A stretch of DNA of 64,000 bases from Eledone cirrhosa (GCA_964016885.1 OZ024741.1:149234001-149298000); one strand, 5' to 3'. Positions 26,635 to 41,269 are shown, numbered from the stretch's first letter. The notes: a model not told the origin generated them from the letters alone. Made by a program: numbers and translations.

Positions 26635-27915
26635 TTGCAGCATCACACTTCTCATGCAGGCATCATACAGTCATCTCTTTGTATGTAGGGAGAAACTTTT
26701 TGTAGTCAACAGTGAAAGTAGCTCTCTAAACTTTATCCATCCTATCCTTACTCTAGCTATTATGCTCTCAGAGCACCCTACTCCACTGCTAATTAAGTCA
26801 TAGTTGGAAATTATTTTCTACTTCTTTTATGGATTTGGCTATAAGGACCATATCATCTGCATAGTTCCTATGGACAGCCAGTTTTAAACTCCTCTCTTAT
26901 GGCCTGGATAACTATAATGAACAGCAGTGGGCTAAGGATCAAACCTTGATGAACTACCTGTACCTTGAATTCCTCACTAAATTCACTTCCTACTCTCACT
27001 TTACTGACAGCTTTTCTGAACATAGCTTGCACTGCTCTCACAAGCCATTCTTCTACACCTAATTTCCTTAAGGATCACCAGATAATAGATCGAGATACTC
27101 TGTCAAAGGCCTTTTTTATATGGACAGAAGCTAAATATAGCAGCTTATTCTTGGCTAGGGCAAGAGGGCACCTGTAGTACTTTTCCCAGGTATGAAACCA
27201 AATTGCATCTCATCTAATTTGACTCTTTCTCTAATTAGCTGCACCATAACTCTTTCCATCACCTTTATAACTTGGTTCATAATTTTATTCCTGTGGTTGC
27301 TCCTACTAGAGCATCATATTTTCCCCTTGTAGCAAACGATTGTACTGCTACACCAATCATTAGGTATGACTCCATCCTGTATTACCTGATTGACTATATG
27401 GATTACTAGTTTGAATCCTACTTCTCCTTTAGCATCTCAGCAACTATGGCCCTGCAGCTTTACCATTCTTCAACTCTTTGATTGCTTCTTTGACCTTATA
27501 ACAATGTACTTCAATAGCTGGTCCTTCTGTTGGGTAAGTTGGGGATAGTTTCTCTTCCTCCCATTCATGCTCTACATTCATCAATCCCTCATAGTAACAT
27601 TTCCAGGCCCCTTTCTTTTGGGAATCAGTGGTGATAAGTGTTCCAGTGTCATTTCTAACACATTTCCCCCCCAACAGAACACTTCACCTCTCTGATCCTC
27701 ACATCTCAAAACATTGGCAAACTTTCTTTTTTCCTGTATGTACCTGTCATCTAGCTTCTCCCTTAGCTACCTGATACTCCTGCTGGTACTCTGCTACTCC
27801 TATTTTTTCAGTCTTTCCATGCCTGTCTCTTGGCTTTAATAGCTCTATCCACTGTGCTGTTCCACCACCAGATCACCTTCAGTCTGGCTGATACTTTATT
27901 ACAGCCACAAGTCTC
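26635..27915 (-). mobile_element. Decayed RTE LINE fragment
   Basis: ORF 27444-27674 (KCVRND...AWKCYYE.LMNVE..WEEE...AIKELKNGKAAGP) is homologous to the 36-38 kb RTE. Confidence 0.8.
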
Positions 27916-29179
27916 ATATATATATATAATATGAAATTCGAAATATGTATCTCAATATATGTTCCATAATAATAGTCAATCACTATAAATAGTAGTTGGA
28001 AAAAATCAGTTGGATGCTAGCAAGTGCATTAACAGTTGGTATGATTTAAATACAGCATCTCACCATTCAACTTTATTCTGTTATCTCATCCTGGAGTTTA
28101 AACCTGACTTCTTTCCATATCTTTCTATACAATGTGACATCTTCAACCACAATTCATTGTCATCTCTCCTAAGTCAGCTTATGCTTTCCTATAGTACCCA
28201 GCTATGACCTTGTGCTCTGCTTTCATTTCATACAGGTTAAAAATGACACATCTATCTCATTTCTTTTCAGCCTCTACAAATATCCCACATTCATTATACA
28301 CATCTCACTTCCATGGTGCATCATATTCCTTGTGCTGTCCATGCCTCCTACTTCATCATTTTACGTCTGCTTTTCCATGCTTGCATGGGTTGAATGGGTC
28401 TTTTCCAGCATAGCATCCCTTCATTCATTGTGGTCCTCCATCATCTCTTGTGATCAGTTTTTACAACCTCTGCCTAGGTCTCCCTTGATCTCCCTCTAAT
28501 GCAGCATCCTTCCACTAGGATTTCGTAGCACTTTTTCATTCAATGTTCATCATCCATACAAATCACATATCCATACAAGTTCAATTTTATTTCCTGCACA
28601 CTACATCTAATTTCTTTTATACCCAGCTTTTCTTTCAGCTCATCCATGCTTTGTCATTCATGCACATTAACATTGCACATCCATTAAAGAGATGTACCAC
28701 TACATGGCATTTGGAGCAAGTGTCTTTTACCATAGTCTTAGGTTGACCCAATCCATGTCAGTAAAATTGGATAGAGAGAAATTGTTTGAAAGCCTATTGG
28801 ATAAACTGATCTATAATTCAAATTCATCACCATCATCATTGTATGTCCACTTACTATGTCAGTATGGGCTGGACAGGTCGTCACTATTTGAGTCAGCTGT
28901 TTTTCAGAGTTATTGCCCTCTAAGTGGGTTGAAGGATCACCTCTTGCTTGTAAGTTCTAATTTTTTACATGATTTCTACAGATGGATGCCCTTTCTTAGA
29001 CCAACCATTCAACAGAGTGCAGTAGAGCCATTACTGATCCCATACATAAACAGCACCAGGGTTAAAGCCCCTGACCAAATCCTTCCTGATGTTTTAGCAT
29101 GTCCATCAACTAATGACAATACTTTCTTAAATCCTATTGGAATGGAAGCATCCGACTGCAGGAACAAAAGGAAAGACTT

Positions 29180-30880
29180 CTAGATAGCAAAATCTATTTC
29201 CAAATAGGAACAATTAATGTAAGGACACTCAGGGACAAAGAAAAGGTTAGAATTGTCAAGCAACTTAAAAAATGTAGACAATATCTTTGAAGTAGTTGAC
29301 CACAAAATTGTTCATGGAGAAGATCCAATATTGATTGAAAGCCTTGACAACTGCTCTTTAATAAAAACAAGTGCCCGGAGAAATGCAAATAGAACAACTG
29401 TAGTGTGAGATGGCATTTTAGTTGACAGGAAGCCTGTGCATAGCAAAATATTGACAGCTATTTTCAATGGCAATACAAACACTACAATATTTGTTAGCTA
29501 TTCCCTTGTTGAGGGCAGTAATAAGACAGAGGAGTGTTTAGGGTAACAATAAGGCAGCAAAATAACAAAACACCATGTAATCATTGAATGCAAGGATTTC
29601 AATGCTCATCGCGGAGAAAATTCAGTTTGGTATACATTTCATGACAAAACTGACAGAAATGGTAAGTTCCTGCTGGATTGTGCATCAGAATGTAATTTGC
29701 ACATCACAAGTACACTTTTCAAGAAAAAGGGAAGTAATTGACATACATATCAGATATGAATGCTCTTAAATCACAAATTGACTTTATACTCATCAATAAG
29801 AAATAGAAGAACTCCTCGGTACACAATGGGAGGCATACAACAGTTTTAGTAGTCTGGGGAACGACCACAGACTAGTAACAGCCAAAATAAATTGAGTCTA
29901 AGAATGATGAAAACTTCTACAAGAAAGAAAAGTTATAACAGGTCTGTATTAAAGAATACAGAATTTCAAGTGCAATACAGTCATTGTGAAAAACAAGTTT
30001 ACCGAACTCTGAGATAACTACAATGATTATTTCTGATGAATATGAATGCTTTGTACAGGCAAACTCAGAGACTGCTGAAAAGTTCTTACCTGTTAAGAAA
30101 TGTCAAAAGGTTAGAGTAACTGCCAACAACTCAAGAGTAAGCAAGGCATGCCAAGAAGTGAATAAAGCTTTCTTGCATTATCATTGCCTTTCATCCATAC
30201 AGAGGTTGATAAAATAAAGTACCAGTAATGTACTGGGTAATTGCTGGCCTTGTGCCAAAAGTAGAAACAATTCTCAATCAAACACTAATAAAGAGACTCA
30301 GCAATTCTTTAAAACCAAGAAAGACAACCTAAAACAGGTGTACCAGAATATTCAATATGAGGAGCTAGTTGAGATGATCTCAAAGGTCAAAAATGTCAAC
30401 GCAAAAAGTAAACACAGAAAGAGCTGGAGACTCATCAATACAATCTCTGGACAACATGCCATAAATTAGATATAGAGCTCCAAGCTATCAAGAAGACTGA
30501 AGGTTAGATTATTCATGGCTACAGTAGAATTTGTTTTGTTTTATGGAGCAGAAACATGGACACTTATAAAAGCCTTAAAGAAACAACTACCATGATAGAT
30601 GTATGCTACACTAGAATGCTTAGAATGGACTCAACGTGTCATGGTTTTGTAACAAATGCAGAATTTTATGACGATCTTCCAAAATTTTCATTAAAAGTTC
30701 AACAATTACAATGATGAGGTGGCAAACAAGTTAGTGCTCTGGCAACATACAAAGTAAAAAAACCTGTACATTCTGCTAGAGGACAGAGAGATGGAGATGG
30801 TATAGGAGCTCAAGACCATCATGAATGACTGTGGCAAATAGAAGTGACATGTGAATTAGTGGTGCATCCCATTGGACAAC
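29180..30880 (+). mobile_element. Heavily decayed LINE with APE endonuclease and RT C-terminal remnants
   Basis: Remnants GTINVRTL, DFNAH, SQIDFILI, NDHRLV, LFYGAETWTL. Many stops and deletions. Confidence 0.6.
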
Positions 30881-31251
30881 TTAGGATGGCACTAGAGAAG
30901 CTGTCACATCCTTGTAAAGACTAAAGTGCTTCCTCTACTCTATGTTGTCTTCTTTCGATCATCAACCACTTTACACAGAGTGTACTGGTTTTATTTCATC
31001 ATGGAACCAGCACTAGAGAGGTTGTCATGTCCTTGATATGACTAAAGGCTTTTCTTTATCCTATGATATCTCCATTCAATCATCAATCAATACACAGATT
31101 GTATTGTGCACATTTTATTATGGTACCAACATTGTAGTCATTGGTTTGTTCTTTATATGGCAAGAGAGTCCTCTCTACTTTACTTCATTTTTCAAGGCAA
31201 AAGTGCCCTAGAGTGTAAATTAGAGTTTAAACATAAAAAAAATATTTTTCT

Positions 31252-31712
31252 TTAGAATTGTGACTTTGATTTAGGTGGACGTTTGTGGTGTGTGATGATA
31301 TGGTCAGAATCTGAAAAGAAAATACTATCTACCTCTGTAAATATTACAGGTTCAATCTCAGAACTATCTGGAATAGTTTTCAAACATGTTTTGGGATTAT
31401 CACAATTTGAACTGTTGTTACGACTACTTATTTTGGTGGAATATTTTTCCTCTGGAACATGCGAATGTTGCTGATTATCCAAGACTTTCTGATTTTCAAA
31501 TAATTCATTGTTTGTCTTTGATGTCAAAGTTGTTGAAGAACTAAAAGGATGTCCAAATTCTGATTTCATTTCACAGCTATCATGGAGTTTTGTCACTTTC
31601 TTTTGACACATTTCAGAATTTGACAGTCTTCCTCCAGTTTTCATCTCATTTGCTATCATCGATTGAAGATTTTCCATATGTTGGTGTTCGGGAGTTTCTT
31701 CACGACTGGAGC
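31252..31712 (-). CDS. Terminal coding exon of an unidentified gene (low-complexity S/N/K-rich C-terminus)
   Basis: Acceptor cattttcatttgtag|GC, phase 1, then SSREETPEHQHMENLQ...KSKSQF*. Open for 153 codons in AT-rich DNA. Phase matches the upstream exon. Confidence 0.7.
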
Positions 31713-33040
31713 CTACAAATGAAAATGTTATTAATAGACTGGCAAATGCCTAGAGTTTTTGCATGAATTATTCTTAAAAAATGATGGTATGGTGTTCTTA
31801 GTTTTGTTGACTCTGCCATTGTTGATGCCCTAATAACTGCCAGTTCACTCTGGTATATACTCTCTTGTGTAATCAGATATATTACAATCTCTATATCCCT
31901 TTCTATTCTAATGATAAAGAATTCTAATAAACACTTGTTACATTGCCATAAAACCAGATTCCTATGGGCTGAAGAAGATGCCATATTAAAGTACTGGGGA
32001 TGCTTTTATCAGAAACTTGGTTTCTACACCACAGTAGCTGTTCAGATACAAGGTATTTCTCCTAGTTAACAATAGTAACTCCACATAATCACTTGATCTG
32101 TCAGATATAGCAACCAAATCTACCTCAAATCAAAGTCTGTCATTTTAGAAAAATAGAAGAACACATTAAATAATATAATATTCAATATACAATGTGTGAA
32201 AAGGAGAACAACTGGATGACCACAACTGGAACATCACTGAACATAGGTCTGCTCAATAATGGCTGACTTAAGGCTAAACAACAAAAGTAAAAACATAAGG
32301 AATTTTTCAATACAAAGATTTAACTCATTCATTACCATATTGCTAATGAAAAACATTGCTTATGATTTTCAAATAATTTTGAAAATAATGAAGAATTTGG
32401 AGAGATTTAGTAATGTAACTAACTGCCTCATTACAAGTTGGTGTTTGAAAAATAACTTAACAAAAACGCTTACATAAAAATATGATGGAAAGTTTTAGAT
32501 AAAATGTAAACACTTTATTGCTCTGAAGATGAGGTTAATACATTGCTTTTTTTCCTATACAGAATAAATAATTTATTAATAATTTTAAAAAAAATCATAA
32601 ACAAATCTATTTCAAATAACAACACTACAAATATTTAAAAACGGAAAATGAAGGGAAGGGCAAGGGCAGTGGGGTCACAAAAGAATGGGAGGGGGAATGG
32701 GGAGGGTGATGGGCTCTAGGCCTAGGGCACGGAAGTGTTGGGGCTGCGCCCTGCAGACAAGACCACAAAAGCATTTCCATGGACAATGGCCAGCGACACC
32801 TGCTGCAACAGCCACCCACCTCACAGAATCCTTCCTCAGACAGGCTGCCAACGTTCCAATCTTGCAGAGAAGCTCAGCAGTAGGGGTCCAAGTACACCTG
32901 AGGTCTCAATGGCAACTGGTGCGAAGAGGGAGCGGCCAGACATTTGCTATATTATAATCTTATTAACAACAATTCATCTGAAATTTAAACATTTTCTTTT
33001 TATGAAACATTCATCAATATCTATAGAAATATTGACCTAC

Positions 33041-33228
33041 CTGTTGCCAAACTCTGTGAAAATTGAGGGAGTTGTTGAAATACTGAAGATATTTGTGAGC
33101 CATACATTTTGGTATAAAATTGTTGTAGCATCTCTAAACGTTCTACTGCAGACATTTTAATAACTGATTTACAAAGATCCACAACTGATGGAAATTCTAA
33201 AGTTTCAACCATTTTATTCAAGTGATCC
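33041..33228 (-). CDS. Penultimate coding exon of the same gene
   Basis: Acceptor ttttgtatatttcactag|G, then DHLNKMVETLEFPSVVDLCKSVIKMSAVERLEMLQQFY...SLAT-G|gtaggt. The phase-1 donor joins the next exon to give GGC. Confidence 0.68.
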
Positions 33229-33361
33229 CTAGTGAAATATACAAAATGTAATACAGATATTACTGATATTAACTTTTAACGTCCTGTACTACTTGGAACC
33301 ACAATAGTAAGAAATTCCTTAAAAATACAAAACAACGCTATGATTGCCTTTAAAGTCGTCA

Positions 33362-33576
33362 TTAACCCTTTAACATTTAAACCAGCCATATCTGGCAAGA
33401 ATTCTCTCGCCTCTTTCTGTTCAAACTGGTCGCAATTTGCTACTCATACTGATGTTAAGGTATTGTTCTACAAATAAATAATATCGAAATCTCATAGATT
33501 TAATATTATATGAGATAAAGCCTTTACCGTGAAAATACAATATATATATAGAGTAATGTAAATTCTAAAAGGTTAA
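33362..33576. mobile_element. piggyBac-like MITE (TTAA-flanked)
   Basis: ttaaccctttaacatttaaa ... aattctaaaaggttaa. Confidence 0.6.
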
Positions 33577-34351
33577 AAAAATGCAAATGTTCACAACCAT
33601 CTGTCTACTAGTAAAGTTACCATAAACATTTGAACACATGTTTTTAGATATTTTCTGCTAAATCATTACAAGATGTTAAGAGTTAATTAGAAATAACAAT
33701 AATCATGGGAGTCAGTTAACAAATTATATGAAACTTTTCCTTTCATCTAAGGCAACATACCCAACAGAGTGAATAAGAGAGAGAGAGAGAGAGCAATAAG
33801 AGAAGGACCAAAGTGAGAGCGTGAAAGATGTGATAGAGAGACTAAATTGAAGTGAGGGGGGTGACAAGAAACTGGGGGATGTACAAACAAGAGGAAGAGT
33901 ACTCAATACATGTAGTAGAGTATATACATATTTGTTTGAAGCTGATGCTTTACTCTATTGTTACTTAGAATTTCATACTGTCTGTAATTTTTATGGTTTG
34001 TCCACTGAAGGATCAGTGAGAAATTATGAATAGTAACAGAGTTAGTCATCAGCTTTGAACAAATATATGTATATGTGTGTGCCTGTCAGTATGCGTGCAT
34101 GTGTCTGTTAGTATATGTGCATGTGCCTGTGTGCGTGCACGCGAACACACACCTCTAGTAGAAATAGAGAAGACCTACCTCACCACTGCCACAGGAGTTT
34201 CTCCGTAAACCATTTGATGGTGGCCAAATGGAATATAATTTGGGCTATTGTAATCTTTTGTCATCATTTTCCTTTTCCTCCCAGTTTTTACACAGCCAGG
34301 TGTCTGTAAAAGTCAATAACAACTCATAAATTTGGTTCTCACCCCCTCTCC

Positions 34352-34434
<83 letters not shown>

Positions 34435-34674
34435 AAATAAAATAAAATAAAATAAGATAAATAAATACATACACAAGCACAATAACAACAAGCACATAAA
34501 CACACACTAGTCACCCAGCAGACACAACACTATACACACTAGTCACACATCACACATAACACTATACACACACGCAAACGTATGCGCAAAGAAGACAAAA
34601 TAAAATAAGATAAACAAACAAGCAAATAAATAAATAAATATATAGACAGACTGAACAAAAAAAATGGCGTAGAC

Positions 34675-34953
34675 ATACAACACAACAGGAGGAACAATGA
34701 ATATAACACCACTGACGATGTTGCAGATGTGCAACGAAAGATTTATGTAAATTATGTAAACTATATATATGTGTTTGTGTCTATATTGTATCTGTATTAT
34801 CTTTGACCGCCGGTCAGTCAATGGCAACATTGAGGACCGAATAAGTTAGATCGCAGATATAAAAGACAGCGAGAAGCGAAAACCAACCAAACAGTGAGTG
34901 TGTTCTGTTATTAATTCTGGCAATATTACGCAAATATGACCCTCCCCAAATAT

Positions 34954-34957
<4 letters not shown>
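34675..34957 (+). mobile_element. Second copy of hammerhead-bearing repeat
   Basis: CUGACGA 34712-34718, guugca/ugcaac stem, GAAA 34736-34739. Homologous to 2632-2900. Confidence 0.65.
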
Positions 34958-35015
<58 letters not shown>

Positions 35016-35097
35016 TATGTAATACTGGTGGTGGTTTCGAAATGAGCACTCGATGCACAGGCTGAGTGTATATATTAAGAAAAACAATGAAGTTTCA

Positions 35098-35323
35098 TTA
35101 ACCCTTTAGCATTTACATTACTTTATATATACTAATATATTTTTGTGTTAAAGGCTTTATCTCACACAATTATTCCACATAATATGGAATCTATGGGATT
35201 TTAATATTTATTTTGAGAACAATACCTTTATATCAGTATGAGTCACTAGTTATGACTGGTTTGAACAGAAAAAAGTGAGAAAATACTGGCCGGATATAGC
35301 CTGTTTAAATACTAAAGGGTTAA
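35098..35323. mobile_element. piggyBac-like MITE (TTAA-flanked)
   Basis: ttaaccctttagcattta ... taaatactaaagggttaa. Same family as 33362-33576. Confidence 0.65.
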
Positions 35324-35352
35324 CATGTATTTAGTTTATTATAGTCTATCAA

Positions 35353-35442
35353 CCTGTTACACGCATTTCGCAGACGATTGGCTCAGGGTCACCCATAGAA
35401 GTTATGGATCTGACTCCATTATCAATCTGCTCTTAAGACTGG
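35353..35442 (-). ncRNA. Degenerate type I hammerhead
   Basis: Minus: ccagu-CUUAAGA-gcaga...ucugc-GAAA-ugcgug-UA-acagg. The core has G5U, so it is probably inactive. Confidence 0.5.
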
Positions 35443-35929
35443 CAATCCAACAAAAATATAGTGTTTGGTGTGATTTGTGAGATGATATATAGAATCTATT
35501 GAGCGCTTGCCACACATCTCGGAAGTTGTTTTTCGCTAATTTCCAATAGCCGAAATACGATTCTCGCTAATTTATATTTGTATATATATATATATATATA
35601 GTTATGTAATAAACAACATAATGCAATTATTTCATTTAACAGTGGTTTCTTAAAAGCAAACAAATTTTGCTTTCAATCATCAGAATGAAAAAATCCTGGT
35701 GTATTTATTGGCATTGGATTTTAAAAACAAAAATATAATCTATATGAAAGTGAGGCTGGAAAAGGAAGAAGGAAAGGAAAAATAAACACACATGCACACG
35801 CACACACACACACAATTATATACATACACATATATACACACACACACACACATACATACACACATATATATCAACATATCCATACATACACAAACATGCA
35901 TACACACACACACACATATATATATATAA

Positions 35930-38095
35930 ATCATCATCATCATCATCACCGTTTTACGTCCGTTCTTCCACGCTAGCAAGGGTTAGACGGGTTGTCCTGT
36001 TGTGGGCAGTGTCTGGTCGGCTGACCATGCCTTGCTCATACAGGAACTGATTTGGCTTGATTTCTACAGCTGGATGCCCTTCCTAACACCAACCTCATTT
36101 ACAGTGAGTGCTGGGTGCTTTTTCGTGGCGCCTACACGTACACTTTACAGTGTGGGCTGGGTGCTTTTTTGCCGTGGCACCTCCACGACCACCTTGCTTC
36201 AGCTTGTACCCATGGGAGGTCGGGTACTCTGTATTACTGCGTGACGCCAGAAGTCACAGTCGTGTGTCATTGTCTTTGAGAGGTGTAATTGGGTAAGGTC
36301 GGCTTTTATCACCTCATCCCAGGTCATCTTGGGTCTCCCCACTCCGCGGTTTCCATCGACTTCTAGTGCTCTGCACCTTTTTATGCAGCTGTCATCCTTC
36401 ATACGCATCACATGTCCATACCAGCGCAACCGCCTCTCCTGCACACAGCATTTGATTCCTCTTATGCTCAGTCTCTCTCTCAATTCATTTATGCTTTGTC
36501 GTTCACGTATATTACTGTTACACATCCATCGGAGCATGCAGGCTTCGTTTCTCTCTAATCTACGTAAGTCTTCCACCTTCAGCGCCCAGGTCTCACTACC
36601 ATGCAACATCGCTGTTCGAATACACGCATCATACCGTCTGCCTTTCATTCTGAGGGAGAAGCCTTTTGCAGCTAGCAGTAGTAGTAGTTCCCTAAACTTC
36701 TTCCATCCCGATCCTACCCTAGTTATTGTACTTTCTGAACACCCACCTCTGTTGCTAATTCGGTCACCTAGGTAGCAAAAGCTGTCTACTGTTTCTACAG
36801 GGCCCTCCCAGAGATTGGTGGTACTTGTTTCCTGTGGCTGTTTGCTGCTTGCTGTCTCAGCACAGCTGCTGCATGTGAATCCTACATTCTTAATTAAGCT
36901 TCCTGAGATCCCGCTACATCTCTTGTGTACCCATTGTTTGCATTTGGGGCAGAGAATGGAGTTCCTACCTAAACCTTTCCTACATACTGAGCAAGGCCAT
37001 TTCCCTGAGGGGATCTGGGTTCTGTTTTCTCGTCTACTTACAAGGACCTTAGTCTTTGTCATGTTGACTTTGAGACCCTTTCTTTCTAGTCCCTGCTTCC
37101 AGGTTTGGAATTTATTCTCTAGTTCTACCATAGATTCAGCTATGAGTGCGAGGTCATCAGCATACAGGAGTTCCCATGGGCATCCGGTCTTAAACTCCTC
37201 CGTTATTGCCTGCAGGACTATGATGAACAGGAGAGGGCTAAGAACAGAGCCCTGGTGGACCCCAACCTGTACGCTAAATTCCTCGCTATACTTATTGCTA
37301 ATCCTAACTTTGCTGACTGCTCCCCTATACATGGCTTGTACCGCTTTCACAAGCCATTCATCTACTCCTAGTTTTCTAAGAGCCCACCAGATTACAGCAC
37401 GTGGAACTCTGTCAAAGGCTTTCTCAAGGTCGACAAATGCCAAGTAGAGTGGCTTACTTTTAGCTAGGTACTTTTCCTGTAATTGCCTCACAAGGAAGAG
37501 GGCATCAGTGGTGCCTCTTCCTGGTACAAACCCAAATTGCATCTCGTCTATTTTCACCCGGTCCCTAATCAGCTCTGCTATAACTCTTTCTGTTACTTTC
37601 ATGACCTGGTCCATCAACTTTATACCTCTATAGTTTCCTCTATCTAGTGCATCGCCTTTACCTTTGTAGCAGTTGACAATGATGCTACTGCACCAATCTT
37701 TTGGTATGGCCCCTTCTAGTATTACCTGGTTAACGATACGTGTGGTTATAGTGTGACATACAGACCCAGATGCCTTCAGCATCTCGGCAGCTATACCCGA
37801 TGGACCGGTTGCCTTCCCCATCTTCATATCTTTGATTGCCTTACTTACTACGCTGCTGCTGACTTGTACTGCTGGTCCCTCTATAGGGTCTACTTGGAGT
37901 AGGGTCTCTTCTTCCCATGCATTCTCCTCATTTAGTAATCTATCATAATGACTCTTCCATGCATCTTTCTTCTCAGTACTTGTGAGGGCAAGCTCACCTT
38001 TATCATTCCGGATACACTTCTCTCCAATGACATCACAACTATCTCTGACACACTGCCTCGCAATCTTGAATACCTCCTGTTTCTGGTCCTCACGT
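35930..38095 (-). mobile_element. 5'-truncated RTE-clade LINE with open RT ORF (36199-~38095), PHD-like finger, repeat-containing 3' UTR and (GAT)n tail
   Basis: RT motifs YRGIKL, QFGF, FVDLEKAFD, GVHQGSVLSPLLF, LLYADD, FCYLG. The ORF N-terminus (MMMM...) is microsatellite. Confidence 0.93.
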
Positions 38096-38149
38096 TGTAA
38101 AACATGCTTGAATAAATATATATACATATATACACGCACATACATATAT

Positions 38150-38366
38150 ATCATCATCATCATCATCATCAACGTTTAACGTCCGTGTTCCACGCTTGCA
38201 TGGGTTTGGACGGGGGTAGTCCCACTTGAGGCAAGAGTGATTGTCTTGCTCGCATAGGACTGTCTGGCAGGTTTTCTACAGTTGGATGCCCTTCCTAACA
38301 CCAACCACATTTACAGTGTGGGTCTGGGAGGTTTTTACCGTGTTGCCTACACGGCCACATTACATT
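38150..38366 (-). mobile_element. RTE 3' tail fragment
   Basis: Near-identical reverse complement of 63335-63545. Confidence 0.85.
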
Positions 38367-38781
38367 ATATATATATATATATATATAATACATACACATA
38401 CATACATACACATACATACATACACACAATCATACATATATACACACATACATACACACACATACATACATACACATATATACACGCATACATACGCATG
38501 CACAAATATAGAAATATGTACACACACCTACATACTCACACACGCAAATAATTATAAGAAAAAATATAATAATAAAAATACCGTCACATAAGAATAAAAA
38601 TGAATATAAAAATTATTATAGTGTTGACAGCGATACAGGCAACAAATAAATGAACAAAGACACGTGGTAAGCAATACACACACGTAAAAATAAATACATA
38701 CACACTCTCACACATACACATACATACGCATACACATATATATACACACACACACACATACATATACATATATACACACAC

Positions 38782-38826
<45 letters not shown>

Positions 38827-39544
38827 CATATCCATATATACATACACATACATATACATACATATCACAAACACATACATACAAATACAAACACATATAT
38901 GTATGTGTGTAAAACTCATTCTTAGATGTATTCATATGAACCTTGTTTAACTCTAAAATATATATGTATATATATACACATATATATATATATATATATA
39001 TATACCTACACACACATATATACATACACATACATATGCATACATACACACACACGCACATATATATATATATATATATAAGAAAAAACAAATATTATAT
39101 ATATAAAAAAACATAAATATTGTATAAGTTGGGGATACGACAAATAATAAATAAAAAAATAATTAGAAAAGGGTATAAATGTTTATAGCTGATTTAGAGC
39201 ACTCAACAAGTTCCTGGAGCAAATGATCAATGAAAATAAGCATTAAATCACTATGTAATTATGCATATACACACACATACATATACATATATATATATAT
39301 ATACACACAAACACAACCACAGAAATACACACACACATACATATATATATATACACACACACATAGGAAAAAGTATGACCTCATGGCAGAGCTCAAGCCA
39401 TTTCTGAGGCTATTAATATATATACACACAAAACCATTATAAAAATACATATACACACACAAATATACACACTCCCACACACACACATTATATCTATATA
39501 TACACACATACATACACACACATATATACATATATATATATCTA

Positions 39545-39916
39545 AGGCGGGTAAAATTCCCGAGATCCATGGACGAGTTCTCTCCAGCGGTCTCTGTCCC
39601 TCATTATCGCTGCCATGTCCTGCGTCTCCAACAGGCCAGTGTCTGTCCTTAGGGCATCAACATACGTTAACCTTGGTCTTCCTCTTCTAGTGTGTCCATG
39701 TGCTGTATGGGTCTGAGACTTGGACACTGACCAAGAAACTCACTCAGATGGTGGATGGGTGCTACACGAGAATGCTGAGGATGACTCTGAACATTAATCA
39801 GTATAGACTGAGGATGAAAAACTCAGAGCTGTATGGGAGCATCCCAAAAGTCAGGTCAAAAGTGACACAGAGGAGACTGAGGTTGGCTGGACATGCTCAC
39901 CGACATCCAGAGTTGA
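39545..39916. mobile_element. LINE 3' fragment with 5' inversion
   Basis: 39700-39916 (+) reads LYGSETWTL...RRLRLAGHAHRHPE. 39545-39702 (-) reads HGHTRRGRPRLTYVDAL...RDRWRELV, the natural downstream continuation. Confidence 0.72.
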
Positions 39917-40031
39917 CATATATATATATACATATACATATATATATATATACACACACGCACAAATACAACAGAACCATATAAAATACAATTATATATA
40001 CATATACATATACATAAATATAAACATACAT

Positions 40032-40070
<39 letters not shown>

Positions 40071-40099
40071 CATACACGCAACACACACACACACACACA

Positions 40100-40845
40100 A
40101 AAATAAATATCTAAAAATAAAAAAATTTGGGTATGTGAAGGGTAAGGCAGAAAGTAGGGGGAAAATAAGGAAAATAAATGACATAGGAAAAGGTTTAAAT
40201 ATAAGGGGAGATAAGGGAGAAAAAGAATACGAGAGTACAGAAAGTGAATACAGAAGGTAAAAAAACCGTAGTGGATGTAAGGCGTAGAGAGCAGAGAAGG
40301 AGTTCAAGGTGGTTGAGTTATCGTAGGAATGTCAATCCAGTTACAGATTAGATGTGATTTCAGGTGAGGAGGACATCTGAAGATCTCGGTCTTTGAGTTC
40401 AGGCAAGCAGAAGTGGCTTTCAAGTTTTGTAAAATCCTAAATTTTTCAGTGGTACACAAAGAACAATTCTTTGTGCCCCTTTGGTACTCCCTCGAATGGT
40501 CTAAAATAGACCAATCGATAGAGTACGGGATGTTTTTATCCTTGAATTCCCACACCTTACTTGCGAGGTTCGTTGCTGTTCTTTTATCGGAATGCTTAAA
40601 AGAAGCGACATGTGCATAAAACCTGGTTTTAAACCTGTCCTGGGTCATGCCAACATATCGCTCACTCCTGGCTGGCTGGTTGTTGATTAAAGGTGTCATT
40701 TTGGCCTCATATACAACGGATTTGGTGTTACATTTGCCCTGTAATGGGCATTCATCCAGCTTCCTGCAACTGCATCCTGGATTTATTCTCGTACGATTTG
40801 AATTAGTGATTTTAGACTTCATTGATGGGCAACAAGAGTAACTGA
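40100..40845 (-). mobile_element. Penelope-like element fragment, GIY-YIG domain (ORF 40304-40822)
   Basis: GCSC..CPLQGKC..VVYEA...YVGMT..FKTRFYAH...LASKVW..K...CSLCTTEK. Confidence 0.85.
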
Positions 40846-41269
40846 TCTTAACTACATATATATATATATATATATATTGGTCCTATTTTTTTGTCTGTAT
40901 GTGGGCATATGTGAGTGTTTGAGTGTATTGGTAGGGCATCTTTTGTGCATATATATATATGCACGTATTTTCATGTGCATGTATCCATTCATACGTGTCT
41001 GTGTACGCGCATGTTGGTATGTGAGTTGGACATTCAAAGTCTAGTTTTTGTGTAGTACTGTACCATAAACAGGAAGTGAAATGAAAGAATGACCATTTAG
41101 CAGGGGGGCTGTGGTGTGTGTCAAGCTACAATGACCCAGTATAAGGTAATCACATCAGAAGTGACAATTCTCACTCAACAGACTATGGGCACCAAGTAAA
41201 TAAATAAATAAACAAGTGGACGAATGAATTTGTTCACACTGAGTATAATAATAATAATATCTTGGAGTC

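Noticed and set aside
32625-32960. GC-richer ORFs of 64-141 aa
   Set aside because: No recognisable domain or consistent splice sites; lies in the inferred intron of the minus-strand gene.
36329-37447. Long ORFs antisense to the RTE RT (also at 46.7-47.4, 56.6-57.9 and 61.7-63.1 kb)
   Set aside because: Antisense shadows of the RT frame with no recognisable motifs.
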